This document shows, one piece after another, positions 1 through 14,270 of a DNA stretch of 64,000 nt; position 1 is the first letter of the stretch; each line of letters begins with the position of its first letter. Source of the stretch: Lytechinus pictus (taxonomy: Eukaryota); NCBI RefSeq assembly GCF_037042905.1, contig NC_087250.1, positions 13,270,001 through 13,334,000 on the forward strand. Reading direction: 5' to 3'. The notes beneath the pieces were generated by a model. The model did not search any database. It saw only the letters and a program-made list of their open reading frames with translations, and was not told the origin of the DNA. The position numbers were made by a program, and so were the translations under genes.

Positions 1-1870
1 CGATCGTAATCTGGTCGTAGACACTCGGAAGCTTGTATCCCCTCCGTCCCTATTGAGACACATTGATATATACATTGATGATAAAGTTTTTACCGACATG
101 GAAAGGGACCTGTTAAGGACTGTTTACAGTGACTCGTGAAAGGGATACATATCTCACCAATCAAAAAGTGTGAGTGCGAAGTGCGATTATTTTTGTTTTT
201 AAGACCTGAAAATTGGACATGCAAGCACATTTGTTATTATGAACAGGATAGGTATGTAATAACGCCTTGAATGCAAGCGCAAATCGCGAGCTGAATATCT
301 ATTTACACAGACCTGAAAAGGAAAACCCGATAAGGACTATATACCATGACTCATGAAGAGGATGCATATCTCACTAATGAAATAATGGGAGCGCGAAGTG
401 CGATCAGAAAGTTTATATACATGTAGGCCTACATTGACCCGGAAAGGAACGTTTCAAGCACTATTCGACTTGTAAGAAGATGATACGTATGACAATTTAT
501 CAAATTTGCAGGCGCAAAGGTCTAGCTTATTTTTGGAGTATATTAAGATGCAAGAACTTGGCATTGTCTAACGCATTCTTTCATTATTCCAAAAAGTGCA
601 TCGAATGTCCCGTATTTGGTCTAAATCTTAGAATAATGCAGCTCGCGCTTTTCGTTTGCAATTATTGTTTGAGATACACATTTTATTATCAATCAATGAT
701 GTGCTTAGATTGTCCAATTGTCAGGTTGGAATATCAACATTTTCTGCTCGTGCTTCGCACTCGCATCAGATGATTACCTTTATACCCATCCTGTTCATGT
801 TTGCATTGCTTCAAATATCCTGTCTTTACGTATAAATCTAAATATATAAAAAAGTCAGATCGCGCTTTTTGCTCGATTTTTTTTTGGGGGGTGATAAAAA
901 ATGTGTTTAAAACTGTCAATTTTTAAGTCGAAAAATAAAAATATTCAGCTTGCGTTTCGCACTCGCATGAATTGTTCAGTCAGATCCGGTCCTCTCCTCT
1001 CCTGTTCATCATTTTATAAAGTGCTGATAATGTTTCCATGTCAAATAATGCAAAAGTTCAGCTCGAGCTTCGCAGTAATTACTTATTGATTAGTTTTACA
1101 TGTACATCCATCCTGATCTTGATTATAAACAATGCTTAGAATGCCCAGTGTTCATGACAAAATGTTAGAAATTTCGCGCTCACATGAATTGCTTAACTTT
1201 CTGTCCACTTTTTTATGGTTGATATTTTCATAAGTAAAATTAGATCGCACTTCGCGCTTCAAACTGGTCTTTATTCTATATGTGCTTGAAGTGTCCAGTT
1301 TTCAGGTTGAAACTTTTCAGAATAGGTACCTATCCCGTTCACGAAATTTATTTGTATAGTCTTTTTTTTTTTCTTTTTTTTTTAAAGGTTCGAGTGTCAG
1401 AAAAACGAAATTCCAGATCACGCTTCGAGCTCGCATTGTTTGATAGAATACCCATCCTGTTCATGATAAAAAGAAAAATGCTGAGGATGTCCACCATTTT
1501 TCAGGGCGAAGAAAAAAAAATCAGTTCGGGTTTCCCGCTCGCATCAGTTATTTTGATATTTTACCCATTCTGCTCATATTTACAAAAGTGCTTTGAAATG
1601 TCAAGTTTTTAAGTTGAAATATATAAAAAAGAATTACCACACCCACATTATATGATTGGTGAGTTGTGTATTCTATTTACGAGTCACTGTAAACAGTACT
1701 TAGCTGATCCTTTTGCATGCCAGTATATAAAAAAATTCAGCTCGCGTTTCGCGCTCGAGTGTATTATTAATGATTAGTAAAGGTGCTCAGAATTTTTGTT
1801 TTCATAGGATATCCAAAGTTGTTAGCTCACGCCCACACAATAATAAGACTAACGAATAATTGTTGGTTAA
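1..1870. repeat. Decayed repeat/foldback element with recurring GCGCGAAGCGCGAGCTG motif
   Basis: Motif recurs about every 110-120 bp, in one orientation over 1-540 and the opposite orientation over 640-1760; 85-185 is inverted-homologous to about 1635-1740; related copies at 2340-2580 and 12850-13420. Confidence 0.6.
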
Positions 1871-2664
1871 ACCATATCTAGGCCGGGTTATTTTGGGAGT
1901 TCATATGGCCCGGAGGGGGGGGGCTCCCAGGCCCCCTCCCCTTGAGATCTCGGCCGTCGACCGCGTGATCCCGCCGAAAATTGGCACGCAGGTTGTTACG
2001 GACATAATGCACAAAATTTTATAATAATTCATTTTATGCAAATTGCTATTAAGTTATAATGCTTATTAATGCGTAATTAATATGCGAAATCATACTTTGT
2101 CCTCTAACTCCCTAAATAAAGCTCCAAATGTTCGAATTGTTGGTATAGAAACTCGTTGTGGTGTTCTTAGCAAGTGTATACGAAAAAAATTGCGATATCA
2201 AATCAATGTCTTACGTATTACATTATTTATTTATTTGCAATTTCTTATGTATTTCTTTGTTTTTTGACCTTTTGTTTCTTATTGTTTGTTTTTTTCAATT
2301 AAATTTGTTGAGGAAAATAGATACATTTGAGCCACCAAAACGCTCACATTATGATTGGCGAGGTATGAATTCTGTTTACCAATCACTGCAAATAGTACTT
2401 AACTGATCTGTTTGCACGTCAGTATTATAACAAAAATTAGGTCGCGTTTCGCGCTCGCGTATATTGTTTATGATGACAAAATGGGCTCAGAATATCCTTT
2501 TTTTTTTCAAGTCTTATATAGGACATTCGAAAATATGAGCTCACGCCAACATATAACAAGATTTACGAAATTATTGTAGGTTTTATGGTAGCAGGCCATG
2601 TATACGAAATTTTGTTTACCTCATCATGGTACTGTTCACCTGATTTTTATCATTATTATTTCAG

Positions 2665-2763
2665 AATCTTGTTCTGACCAATGCATGTCGAATGGAGGGA
2701 CTTGTGAGGAAGGCACTTGCATTTGCCCGGAAGGATTTGCAGGCACTGCATGTGAGGAGAAGC
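2665..2763 (+). CDS. EGF-ZP domain protein, EGF-like exon (first visible exon; 5' end of gene not seen)
   Basis: ttcag acceptor and GTAAGT donor; 99 nt, phase 1-1; SCSDQCMSNGGTCEEGTCICPEGFAGTACEEK has six-Cys EGF spacing. Confidence 0.9.
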
Positions 2764-4777
2764 GTAAGTTGTTTTTTTTTCGCTCAGAATTTGTCGTTAG
2801 TAACTCCCTTTTACAGCCGATGATGTCGCAGGAAGTGACATTATTCGTTAATCGTCCAACACATAATGTCACATCCAACGCATAATGTTGTAACTTCTCT
2901 ATCGCATAACCTCACATTTCCTAATGCATGATGTCGCAGAGGTATTTAACTAATCCTACGCTAATCAAATTAATAAACCCTGTTTCACTCAGTATTCATA
3001 AAACATCTATCATGGGATCTCAGTTGGAAAGAGGGGATGGGGTGGTGGTAAGCAATATATATAAATAGGACGGTCAAAGTCAGATCGTTACATATTTTTT
3101 GTGTGTCAATAAATTATTTTTCGCCGATCGAGTGTATGTATTGAGCTGGCTGAAATATATATTTTTTATGATTTTTTATTTGGGTACCACCTGCGGACCC
3201 TCTTTTTTATGGTTGATGATTTTTTATTGTCGTCAAAATGGGGGAGGAGAAGTCCCCCCCCCCCCGGGTTTTTTTTACGGTGGGGGACACAATAGGCCAT
3301 GCCTCCCCCAAAATAATAATAATTAATAATTAAATAATAATAATGTTAATAGAAAAGTAAAATACTTCTATCATCATACAAATATTAAAAAATACTTCTA
3401 TCAAACTTCATTTCATATTCCTACACATTCATCTGCTGTTTTTTGCCTTTTATTAGAAATTTTGGAAATTAACTTTGTTCATCATTCATATTAAAGCGAT
3501 TCGTTAGTCCAAGAAATTACACGTTTTTATATCGATGAATCACTGGGGTTTCCCATTTTTGCGTTCTTTTTTCATTGTAATGAGGTTTAATAATCTTTTA
3601 AGAAAATTGAATGACGGAGAGGAATGTCTTCTCTGTTCTCCCGTTTTCTTCTTTGTTTGGCGAATTAAATACATCTAATGTGGCTAAATCTTTTGCAGTC
3701 AAATCTGATCTTAGCTAGTAAGGCACTCATTATGTTACGTAGTTGTGTCTTTTTTCTCCAAGCATGACTTTGAGGAAAACAGAAGAAAAATCAAACAAGA
3801 AAAGTCATTTTCATATGTTAAGGTAAAGAACTATCGTAAGAACAACTATTTAAATTTTATAATGTAGCCTTTATTAATAACCAAAAGAAATAAATGAATT
3901 AACTTACATAATATCTTCTGATGACTATAGAAGAAATATTCTAACTTCTAATCCATCCAAATAGGCTTTTAAAAAAATCTGTAAAATAATCCACAATGCT
4001 TGCAATGATTAATATAATGTTGAAATGTGATGGTCCATCAAAGTCACTGCGCTGAGCTAAGGATTTCAGCAATCCATGGGTTGAAGAATGGTCTCTATAA
4101 CGGGTTGATGATCTTGATGAGAACTGAGAATTCCTGTTTAAAAATAGTTGCAAGTATTTTGCACATCCAGTCGATAACACGTGTGAAGAGGATGTCAAGT
4201 AGTAATGATGAAGAACAGCTTTTTTATTTGGGGGGGGGGGCATTATTGCATGTTAGATGCCCTGCTCTGAGTCCCCGTGGAAAAATGCAATATCTTCATT
4301 TTGCACAAGTTGAGTTATTAGGCATTTTATGGGTTTTTTCAAAGCCGCTCAAACGTATTTTATTTCTCAGGACTCTTTTATCATCAAATTGTAAAGTATA
4401 TGTGCCCATTCAAGTCCCCCCCCCAAAAAAAAAAAAAAAGAATGAGGAAAATGTAGATACTTTGGGGTGAGTCAAAGCGAATGCTCGGTTTCTACATGGC
4501 AAAACGCAGTATCTACAGATGATAGAGAATTCCATTAATAATAATACTTCTCTATAGCGCATAATAAACGGAAAGTTTCTTAACGCGCTTTACAATAAAG
4601 GAAACAAAATACATATAATACAAACAAAGAAAATAGACTTGTGATTTACAAAATTACTTAATATTAAATTAAAACTATCATTATTACAGTTATCATTTTT
4701 AAAATCATCATCGTCGTCATTATATTCATTGGTCGACGATGCCCGCGAAATTGTGTTTTCTGTTCTTGTTTCCTTAG

Positions 4778-4953
4778 TTACATCAGTGACGTGTAAAAGT
4801 GACTCGATGACCGTCATCATAAGTAATGGTCTTTTCGTTGGCATTGACCCGGAAGATGTTCATTTTCGTGATCTTTCCTGCACATATGTCGATAGCAATT
4901 CTACCCATATGACTCTGTTTACGAACTATGATGAGTGTGGTACCACCAACACG
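4778..4953 (+). CDS. EGF-ZP domain protein, ZP-N exon
   Basis: tccttag acceptor, GTAAAT donor, phase 1-0; VTCKSDSMTVII...LSC...YDECGT is the typical ZP-N start. Confidence 0.9.
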
Positions 4954-4999
4954 GTAAATTCCTTTCTCTCTCTCTACTCTCTGGCAATGCTAGGCGAAT

Positions 5000-5620
5000 A
5001 TTGATTACACTCCGGATGACGACAGACTGAGACCCATGATGAGCTTGTTGCACCCTTGAAGGTGTGAAAGGGTTTAGGCTTGGGTTCTGTAAGCTCTTTG
5101 ATGATCTCAAAATTATCTTTGGCTGACTTATTATACATTGGGGAGGGCAGGTTATACACTCAGACTTGATACTCCTCTTGAATATACATTTTTGGTGTTT
5201 CATCTGATCTGCATCTACTATACTATCTGATTTCTTCTCCGTTCGGCATTTCGAAGTTGTCATTGGTTCGCTTACCTAGCTTTTTTTAGAGTATTAATTG
5301 CACATTTGGCCAGCTCAAAGTAGGCTACTCACTAATCATGCTAATGTCGTCGTTGAGGATATGCACTGTACTGATCAGAAGTTATATTACTGTTTTCTGT
5401 CTCGCCAAACTGCTTCAAATCATCCAAATATAGAGGATGGTTGATGTTTGCTTTGCTCTTGAACTAAAATCTTGGTGGTTATAGTGATTTAGTTAATGGT
5501 ACCATTGTAATCCCAAACAGAAGTGGAGATAGAATGTATCCCTGGAAAATGCCTTTCTTGAGGCTTACTGCCCCATGCACTTCACCATTATTTCCAAACA
5601 TAGATCTCCGTGTCGTCATC
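5000..5620 (-). mobile_element. Degenerate R4/Dong-like non-LTR retrotransposon RT fragment
   Basis: Minus-strand translation gives KKGIFQGYILSPLLFGITMVPL, INHPLYLDDLKQFG and FELAKCA, matching GIFQGDSLSPLLF / HLLYMDDLK / FGLDKCA; frameshifted. Confidence 0.75.
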
Positions 5621-6360
5621 CTTTCCGTAACCTTGCTAATTTAAGAATTCAAAATACTAACAAAGTCAGAGGGATCAATTTCCAAAAAGAAATTGGAAGA
5701 GCTTCAGCTAAAACAAACAGTGATTTTCACCGCTAAAAGGGTGTCAGTACAAAGAGTTATGAAAATGCCATTAACATACCTTAAAAAGGAGCTGGCCATA
5801 GAAAGGGATTCACAAATCAACTTAAGCCTGCGTTTGAAGCTCCTCTGTTGTTTTATTCTGGCCTTATCCCACCTAAGCTTGGGGAAAACTATAATCTTAA
5901 GAGTTAACTCGGTTGGCAAAAAACATTGAGTTGAGTGAATACATAACTATTGCACTCAACCTCCAAATAGGAGGGAGGTACTTTAAGAGATAGCTAGATC
6001 TCTCTGACAGTCTATGTATCGATCTATTACATGAATTAGGTAAATATGTAAGTACATATAAACAGACGGAAAGATAAATGAATGGATGGATGGATGGAAA
6101 GATAGGTAGATAGATATATAGGTAGAATACGCACTATGAAAAAGGGTACAGGAAAGGTGCAACGTTGCAGCCCAAGGTGCAGAGTGGGTAACTGAGCAGA
6201 GTTGCACCTTTACACTCGTTACCGTGCCAGCGCAAGAAAAAAAAAAGGGTCAAGTTGGATCCGTGGCCGTCTTAATAGGTTAAGCTTTGCTTCTTTCTTT
6301 AAACGTGGAGATCAGATGTCACATTGCGAGCACCTTTTAGTCGCAGTCTGGCATCATAAT

Positions 6361-6437
6361 GTGCTAATTTAGATATATAGGTGCTAATTTAGATATATAG
6401 GTGCTAATTTAGATATATAGGTGCTAATTTAGATATA
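6361..6437. repeat. 20-bp minisatellite, about 4 copies
   Basis: GTGCTAATTTAGATATATAG x3 perfect plus one partial copy. Confidence 0.95.
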
Positions 6438-7364
6438 CGTGACAAATTATACATCTACAACAGATTTGTGAAATTGTTGTGTAATTAAATTTGTTTCTCA
6501 AATCAAAGTGCCCAAGAGAAATCTTCCCTTGCGAAAATATATATGACAAGGCCAAATATAGAATATACAGACGCGAGTAGGCTTCGGAGGACGTAGGCTT
6601 TCCTATCGAACTATCGAGTTCGACAACGGACCTTTTTTTTAAGTATGCTCTATCTATCGTTGACATTATAATGAATAGGTCCTATTCAACAGTTGCAAAT
6701 ATGAAAAATTTACGGAAATTTAATTTGATTGAACCTCTGCGATAAATATCGAAAAAAAAATTACGAAAGTACACTACCCAAATTGCAAATCACAGAATGA
6801 GCCTGTCTCGTTATACAAAAGTTAATGGAAGAGGGGGGGGGTGTTAAAAAGGCAAACGTTAATCTAACGATCAACGACTAACTTTGAAAGGGTTGAATAA
6901 TTCACCAAACTCAGAATTTGTTTAAATTCTACGTCTTTAATGAAAAAGAAACAGCACGTGGTCTCCTGAATAATGACCCTCTTGCGTTGAATTGAATTGA
7001 ATTTATTTTCAAATATCACTGTCAGGTATACAAGGAATAGTACATCACACATAAACAAAACATTTGGTAATTGGAGCTAACATAATAGCAAGAGGTTAGC
7101 CCCAAATAATGTAATCAATACAGTTTAAACAATAAATTTAACTAAATCTCAATATCGTACATCAAATTCAGTACTAATTCTATTTATTACTGTTGCAGAA
7201 AATTTCGACATGATTATTCCGGATCGATAACATTATCACCAACATTCTTACCCAAAATCATGTCTTGTTGTTTTTGTTATTGTTGTTGTAATGTTGTAGG
7301 AGGTTAAGGATATTTTTATTAAAACGGTATTTTTGCATTTAACATCATCTTTTCCACCCCTCAG

Positions 7365-7762
7365 GAAAATGATACAGCCATTACATTCTCAAATGTCATC
7401 GCTTATTACAAGCCTGAGGCTTTACCTGGCACTGATATCACCCGTGAATATCAGAGGGAACTTGAGGTTTCGTGCTGTCTTCCCAAGACCTCGCAAGTCG
7501 GCCAATCTTTCAAACCAACGCTCGGTGAAATAAAGTTTAGCGATATAGGATCCGGTCACTTCCGCCTGAATATTAAACGGTTCAAGAGGGAGTCGTTTGA
7601 TGAGCCCGAAGATGACAACGCTGCGGTCTGGCAAGGCGAGACGGTCTACTTTGAAGTCCAACTTGACTCGGTAGAAGAAGTTGGTATGTTTATTGAACGA
7701 TGCTGGGCGACAGCCGGCCAAGAACCCGATTCTGTTCCACGCCATGATCTGTTTACCGACAG
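7365..7762 (+). CDS. EGF-ZP domain protein, ZP-N end, linker and ZP-C start exon
   Basis: cctcag acceptor, GTAAGG donor, phase 0-2; open frame ENDTAITFSNVI...ITRE...VSCC...GHFRLNI...VYFEVQL...IERCWAT. Confidence 0.92.
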
Positions 7763-7808
7763 GTAAGGTTACTTTTTTTTTCTTCATTCCCGGCTAAGAT
7801 TAATAGTC

Positions 7809-8142
7809 CAGGGGGCCGTTTCATAAAGCTGTTCGTAAGTTAAGAGCGACTTTAAGAACGACTGGTGATCCTTTCTTGCGCGGTAAATCATCGCCAATCA
7901 TGCAATGGTGTGTACCATTTACCAAAAGAAAGGATCACCAGTCGTTCTTAAAGTCGCTCTTAACTTACGAACAGCTTTATGAAACACCCACCTGGGGCCC
8001 GTTGCAGAAAGAGTTGCGATCAAACGCAACTTAACAAATCTTGCGCAACTTGATTTTCAGCCAATGAAGCACCCGTATTCGGGACTTGCGCTTGATATTT
8101 TGACTGGCGTTTAAACGCAACTCTTTCTGCCACAGGTCCCAG
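7809..8142. mobile_element. Two abutting palindromic MITEs with CWG flanks
   Basis: First: GGGGCCGTTTCATAAAGCTGTTCGTAAG...CTTACGAACAGCTTTATGAAAC (related copies at 47572-48203 and 59772-59956). Second: GGGCCCGTTGCAGAAAGAGTTGCG...CGCAACTCTTTCTGCCACAGGTCC. Confidence 0.85.
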
Positions 8143-8169
8143 GAAGAATAACCGATGTTGAAAGTCAAC

Positions 8170-9881
8170 CTCAAACTAATTGCAATAGATTATTTTCACC
8201 GCATTGCATTTCTATGAAGTCCCCAAAATGACATACGAAAAGTTCAGAAAACTTTAAGTGATGGAAAGACGTTTTATTTGCATAAATCCAAAATGGCTGC
8301 CATGTTTAGAATGTTCATGATTATCGGTAATTGTACAAAGACCGATCTGACCATGAAACTTTAAAAAATGTAATTAGAGCATTACAGTGGAAGTTCACCC
8401 TGACGTAAGAAAAACAAAATCTGTGAATGTTTGAGGAAAATCCATTAAAAATAAAGGAAGCTATTAGAATTTTAAGTTTTGGATTTGTGACGTCATAAAT
8501 GAACAGCTGCCTTTATGATATGTGATATAAAGTGTATAAATTTCATTTGTTTATTGGTATACTTAAGGTAAAAAAAAACAATTTTCTGGGAAAATTACAT
8601 TTCATTGCATTTTTACCATACGATATGTAGGAAAGCTGCTCGCATAATGATTAAGATCCTTATAACTCTGATTCTTTTGTGGATTAAATTTAATCAATAC
8701 TATGCCCAAATTTTTCAGCTATTTTTACAATAAACCTTACTGTCGGATGAACTTTCCCTTTATACTTTCACCAGTGTTATGCATTACCACAGGCTTCATT
8801 TTGAAATAAGGATGTAAATCAGTTTCGCCCTGTGATGACCTCTTGAGGTCAATTACCTTAAGGCAAAAGACGTCGAAATATCAGAAATTTGAGGTTTGCA
8901 TCATTAGTTCATGATAAATATGGTTATAATTAACAAAAACGCTATTTAAAATTTACTTTTCAGGTATCCTGATATTCTAGAGAGAATTTTGTGTTTTATA
9001 ATTTTTGATCTTTTACGCTAAGGAGCCGACCAAGGTCAATGACCTTAAAAATAAAAATTGAATATTAACATTAGCATCATTGGTTAATGGTAAATTGCCA
9101 AAATGGTATACTTGACGTCCAGAAAAATCCAAGTGGTGGAAAGATTTTTAGTTTGTATAAATTCAAAATGGCTGCCATCTTAAAGGTATTGTTTAACTTT
9201 GTGAGCAGCCGATTTAAAAAATTCTCAAACCAAGATGAAACATGTGTACAAGTGCATGTATTAGAACTAATAAACCTTGAAAACAACCATTATTGAGAAT
9301 GAAAAGCTAAAACTACAAGGCAAACCCCGATTTTGTAAATAGGCGTCTTATAGACGCCTAAATAGTACACATTAGTGTATGGGATGAAATTAAGATGGTG
9401 TTTTCGGTCACTTTATATTTCAATTTTTGAAGCACTAAATAATTATTTTCGAACGCAATTTTTTCTGGGCTTCATTTTTGTAACATATCACAGACACAGG
9501 TGACAAGTGTGACCTTCTAGCTCAGATTTTTTAAAAGTCAAACCAATGTTAACCAATCACTTTAAGCAAAAAAGATTACGTGATTATTGGTGGTAGTCAA
9601 ACACTATTGTAATCATAACAGTCTTACAAACCAAATCATTACACATTCACCAGTGTTGTGTCTTGTCATAAACTTCATTTTGAAATTAGGACATAGTCAA
9701 ATTTGACCTATGTTAACCTCTGCAGGTGACTGACCTTAAGGACAACGACCTCGAGATATCAGAATATCGATGTTTTGCATCAATAGTTTCTGATCAGCTT
9801 TCATGTTCGACGAATATCCAAAAGATGATTGCATTGACTCTCGACATTTGAGGACCTCTAAAGACATGACCTTAAAATGAA

Positions 9882-9923
<42 letters not shown>

Positions 9924-11510
9924 GTCATTGACATCACTGGTTAATGATAAAAATTATATTTGGGGGTAATTGACCTTTTGATTTTCTCAGCAGTCAAATG
10001 TTGAGATCTGCGTGGTCATTACCCAAATGATCTTTGGAAAATAATAATGATGAAAAGTATCAATATTCTTATATGTTGAAGTCATTGACCTTCGAAGACC
10101 ATAAGATGTCAAAGGTCAAAACCTGTAATGCTCACCAGTACTATCTTAATTATTCGGAGTACTTAAATCGTTATCGATTGCGTCCATTATATACATGTAC
10201 AAAATAATGAATGTCAGATATTTGGTTATAAATTGCATCATTGCACAGCCTTCTTTTTGCCATCATCAGTTTGTTTGTTTTGGGTTTTTTTTTTGTCTAC
10301 ATTACTCATCGAATTTAGGGCACTGGAGGAGGTGTGATGATTTGTAAAATGACCCAATCACAATTCTTGCTTCTATCATCTATGTATACCCCTACTTTCA
10401 GAAGCTTTCTTATTAACTTGTAACCAGGTGTAGTTGCCAAATAGTATATGGACCAAATGGCTATTGGACCAAATAGTTATTACCGGGGGTTATTAGACGA
10501 AGTGGTGAGTGGATGAACGGCAAGGCCATGTGGATAGTGGACGAACTGATGGTAGACCAAATGATAGTAGACTAGTTGGCAATTGGACGAATTGGATATA
10601 AACCCTAGAATTAGATCGGAGAAGTATCCTTATCCAATCCATCCCACTCCCCCACCATGAACGTGGACGCGTCTACCATGGGGTCTTAAAAGTCCATTTT
10701 AATTGACTATCTTTACAACAAACCCGTGTTTATTATAAACCAATGATGTAAAACATCAATATGTTGATATTTGGGTTTCAATTACCTAAATGCCATGAAG
10801 TAGCGAACAAACTTAGCTTGCATCCCAACCTTAAAATGAATAATGACAAGAATTACCACGTATGAAAGTTTCTTGCTGGAACCATATATTACAAAATGCA
10901 GTAAAGGAAGTTGCATTGTATTATTTTTTATATAGCCTTTATCGTTTATGTTACCATTAATCGGTGATGCCTTGTTTTAATTTCCTTATATTTAAAATTT
11001 AATAACACTTGAATCCTTCGAGCTTTCCGGGGTCAATGGTTAAAACTTATACTATACAAAATTCTCTCTAGAATATAAGGATACCTTAAAAGTCAATAGT
11101 AAATCATTTTTGTTTGCATTATAACCGTATTTTTCATGAACTAATGAGGAGAAACATCAATTTTCTGATATTTCGAAGTCGTTGACCTTTATGGTCATTG
11201 ACTTCTAGAGGTTAGCAGAGGTCAAATTTGACTTACATCCTAATCTAAAATGTTGCTTATGGTAACATATCACACTGATGAAAGCTTAATGCTTTAATCA
11301 TAAATTTTAAATAGTATTATTGTCAGTTCAGTCTTTGTACTGCTGCCAATAACGATGAGAATTTTCACATTGGCAGCTATTTTGTATTCATACAAATTGA
11401 AAACGTCTTTCCACCACTTGGATTTTTTTTAGTCCACTTTTGCTGGGTCATTTTGGGGATTTTTTGGAAATGCATTGTAGTGAAAAACAAACTTTGCCAT
11501 TTATTTTGGG
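8170..11510. mobile_element. Old foldback-type element with long diverged inverted arms and nested MITEs
   Basis: 8190-8360 is inverted-homologous to 11320-11490, and 8770-8920 to 11140-11280. Confidence 0.6.
9184..9561. mobile_element. Kolobok-like MITE
   Basis: TTAA on both flanks; AGGTATTGTTTAAC...GTTAACCAATCACT imperfect TIR. Confidence 0.7.
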
Positions 11511-11757
11511 TAAACCCTTTTTATCCTTGACTAGTGTAAATCGTAACCTGGCTTTGGAGAATGTATAGGAAGATTTGAAAAAACAGAATAATGACTCCCT
11601 TTTGCGGGAAAGTTGAAAAAAAAACCTGAGAAAGAAAAAAAAAATCTTATAGGCAGGCCTGCTCTCAACAAGCTTTTAGCGGAACTTTTATTTATATCAC
11701 TTTAACATTTTTACCATTTTGATTGATATTACGATTGTTAACATAGTGTAACATTTA

Positions 11758-11919
11758 TACCTTGGTCACATTTGCTCTACGGCGGCCGTACGGCGAGTCG
11801 AAAACAGCCGTTTTATTAATTTAAATTCAAACCACCTATATGTAGTTGGTACAAAAAATGTTAAAACGACTGTTTTCGACTCGCCGTACGGCCGCCGTAG
11901 AGCAAATGTGACCAAGGTA
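11758..11919. mobile_element. PIF/Harbinger-like MITE
   Basis: Near-perfect TIR of about 55 bp (TACCTTGGTCACATTTGCTCTACGGCGGCCGTACGGCGAGTCGAAAACAG); TTA TSD on both sides. Confidence 0.88.
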
Positions 11920-12319
11920 TTACAGTTGTACTCTATTTATGCACATAAATCTTTTAGTCAGGTTCACTATGTTCATATTTGAGCTTTCGCAGGATTTTTT
12001 TTTTGAGAAATTGAAAACTATACATTTTCGGAAAGGTTATTGTATAAGCATTCAGAATAGCAATGTTTCCATGCACCGTGACCTACATGGCTGCCATGGA
12101 GTTTTTTCAAAATGGCCGGCTCATAGGGTTTTCGACAATGTCTCAGCTTCTAAGTAACCTAGAATCATTTTAATGCCCTTATTATGTTAAACAGCTTCTG
12201 CTGATCATGTTCTACCCTGTATGAATAAATAAATAGGTACATTAATAAATGAGTAAGTAAATAAATAGTGATAAATAATAAGTAATACTAAAACATTACC
12301 TTTTTTATTCATGCAATAG

Positions 12320-12425
12320 ATGCCCTTCCGATGTGGATGGAACGGTCCAAGTCTTTTTTCCGAACAAAACGGATCGAGAAGGATTTAAGTTTGACGCATT
12401 TACCTTTGTTGGAGATCATGACATG
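12320..12425 (+). CDS. EGF-ZP domain protein, ZP-C exon
   Basis: aatag acceptor, GTAATT donor, phase 2-0; RCPSDVDGTVQV...EGFKFDAFTFVGDHDM has the ZP F-x-F-x-AF-x-F signature. Confidence 0.9.
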
Positions 12426-13489
12426 GTAATTCAAATATAACTGAGGATATTCAGGAGTGGATCTCGCTTTATTTCAAAGGGGGGGTCAAACAGAAGGACC
12501 CTCTCCCGCGAGCCGCGAAGCGGCAAGCCGATTGTTTCTTATTTTCGTTTTGTTTTCAATTTTTTGCCACTTTTCCTGACATCTACTAAATGCAATGGAG
12601 TCCATTAACGGCAGTTCATTATAGCGATTTTTGTTTAAATCAATTAACAGTTTAATACACATTTAACATTTAATAAGTTAAGGGAAAACTTCCACTTATA
12701 AATTATATATTTGATCATAAATGATATGTGAGCAAGCTGCATACTATTGTTCAACTTCTGTGGAATAATTGCGTGAGCATAAAGAAGTTATATCAGCTGA
12801 TTTTAAATACATTGACCTGCAAATTAATAACCGTTTGCAGTGTCTCTAGAATACTATATGATACATGTCTTACTAATCAAATTATGTAAGCACGAAGCAC
12901 GAGTATAACATTTATCGACCTGAAAACTTGTTATTCTCAGTAAATGTTGTAACCATGAATAGAATGGATATATACTGGCCCAATTTATTGATTTGCAGTG
13001 ACTCATGGTCAGAATATATATCGAATCACGAATCAAATGATGCGAGCGCGAAGCGTAAGCTGTTTTTTTTTTTAATTCTTATTGAAAACTGAAAAGGTTA
13101 ACCACTTCTTGCGATTATAAATAGAATAGGTATCTAATCGTGCAATTAAAGCGAGCGGGAAGCGCGATTTGATTTTTTATATATAGATTTCTTCCTAAAA
13201 CAGGACATTACAAGCAAAGTAACAATGACCAGGATGGGTATGTATCTAAATAATTGACGCGAGCGCGAAAAGGCAGATGATTTTTTCTATTTCAGACATG
13301 AAAACAAGACATCAAGACATGTTTTGCAATCCTGAATATAATGGGTATAAAACTCAACAATCGATGCGTGCGCAAAGCGCGATCGAAAAAAAATGATTTT
13401 CTGACCTGAAAACTGTACACTCTACGCACCAGAGAATTATTTTTAACATGGAAATTTCTGGTAACAAGCTGATTTTTCAGGGTAGGTCC

Positions 13490-14270
13490 TGGAGTGTGTC
13501 TAGAATGTGTCTAGACTAAAAGTCCTCATAAATCCTCCCGGGGGGGCTCCGTAATCTAAGATGGCGTCCAAAATTGCCGCCATTCACAGAAATTGGACGT
13601 AAATCACTCATCCACCCTAGACATCCAATTTCGGTGCATATGTCATGGTTTAGAGAGTTGAAAAGATATTTTTATAGAGGCTACAGTGAACATAAGCAGT
13701 CCAGGGTAACTGGAAATCCAAGATGGCGTCCAAAAATTGCTGCCAAAGTCTAAAAATCCCCAGTTCATCTATTACTTACTTAAGTGTTTTTTATTTTGTT
13801 TCTATTTGATGGTTTAAGGGTCAAGTAGTACATTGGGACATATAATTTTGGTGTCTAAACCATGGTATAAAGAGCCAAATAATACATTGGGACAAGTTAC
13901 AAGGACAGCCTGGTCCAATATGTCTAGAAATCCGAGATGACTGCCAAAAAATGAGTATAAAATGACTGCTGATAATTAAAACGAGCATAGTTAGTTTCAT
14001 ATATCCGCCATAGAGATACGATTTTGGTGTCTTAACTATGATTTCAAGGGCCAAGTATTACATTGATTCAAGTTACAAAGATAGTCAAAAGGCAAGTATG
14101 TCTAAAAATCCAAGATGGCTTCGAAGATGGAGTCTAAAATTGCTGCTTTTACTTAGAAATTTACATAGTTAATTTAAACCACGGTTTATAGGGTTAAAGA
14201 ATACATTGGGGCAAGTTACAAGGACAGTTAGCGGTCTAGAATATAAAAAAAAATCCAGATGGCTTCAAAA
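13490..14270. repeat. Degenerate tandem repeat (about 150-210 bp unit) with AATCCAAGATGGCG motif
   Basis: Motif recurs near 13555, 13716, 13928, 14108 and 14253. Confidence 0.6.

Noticed and set aside
5704..5919. FLRYVNGIF resembling a Penelope RT RYVDDIF motif
   Set aside because: Single degenerate motif without supporting flanking motifs
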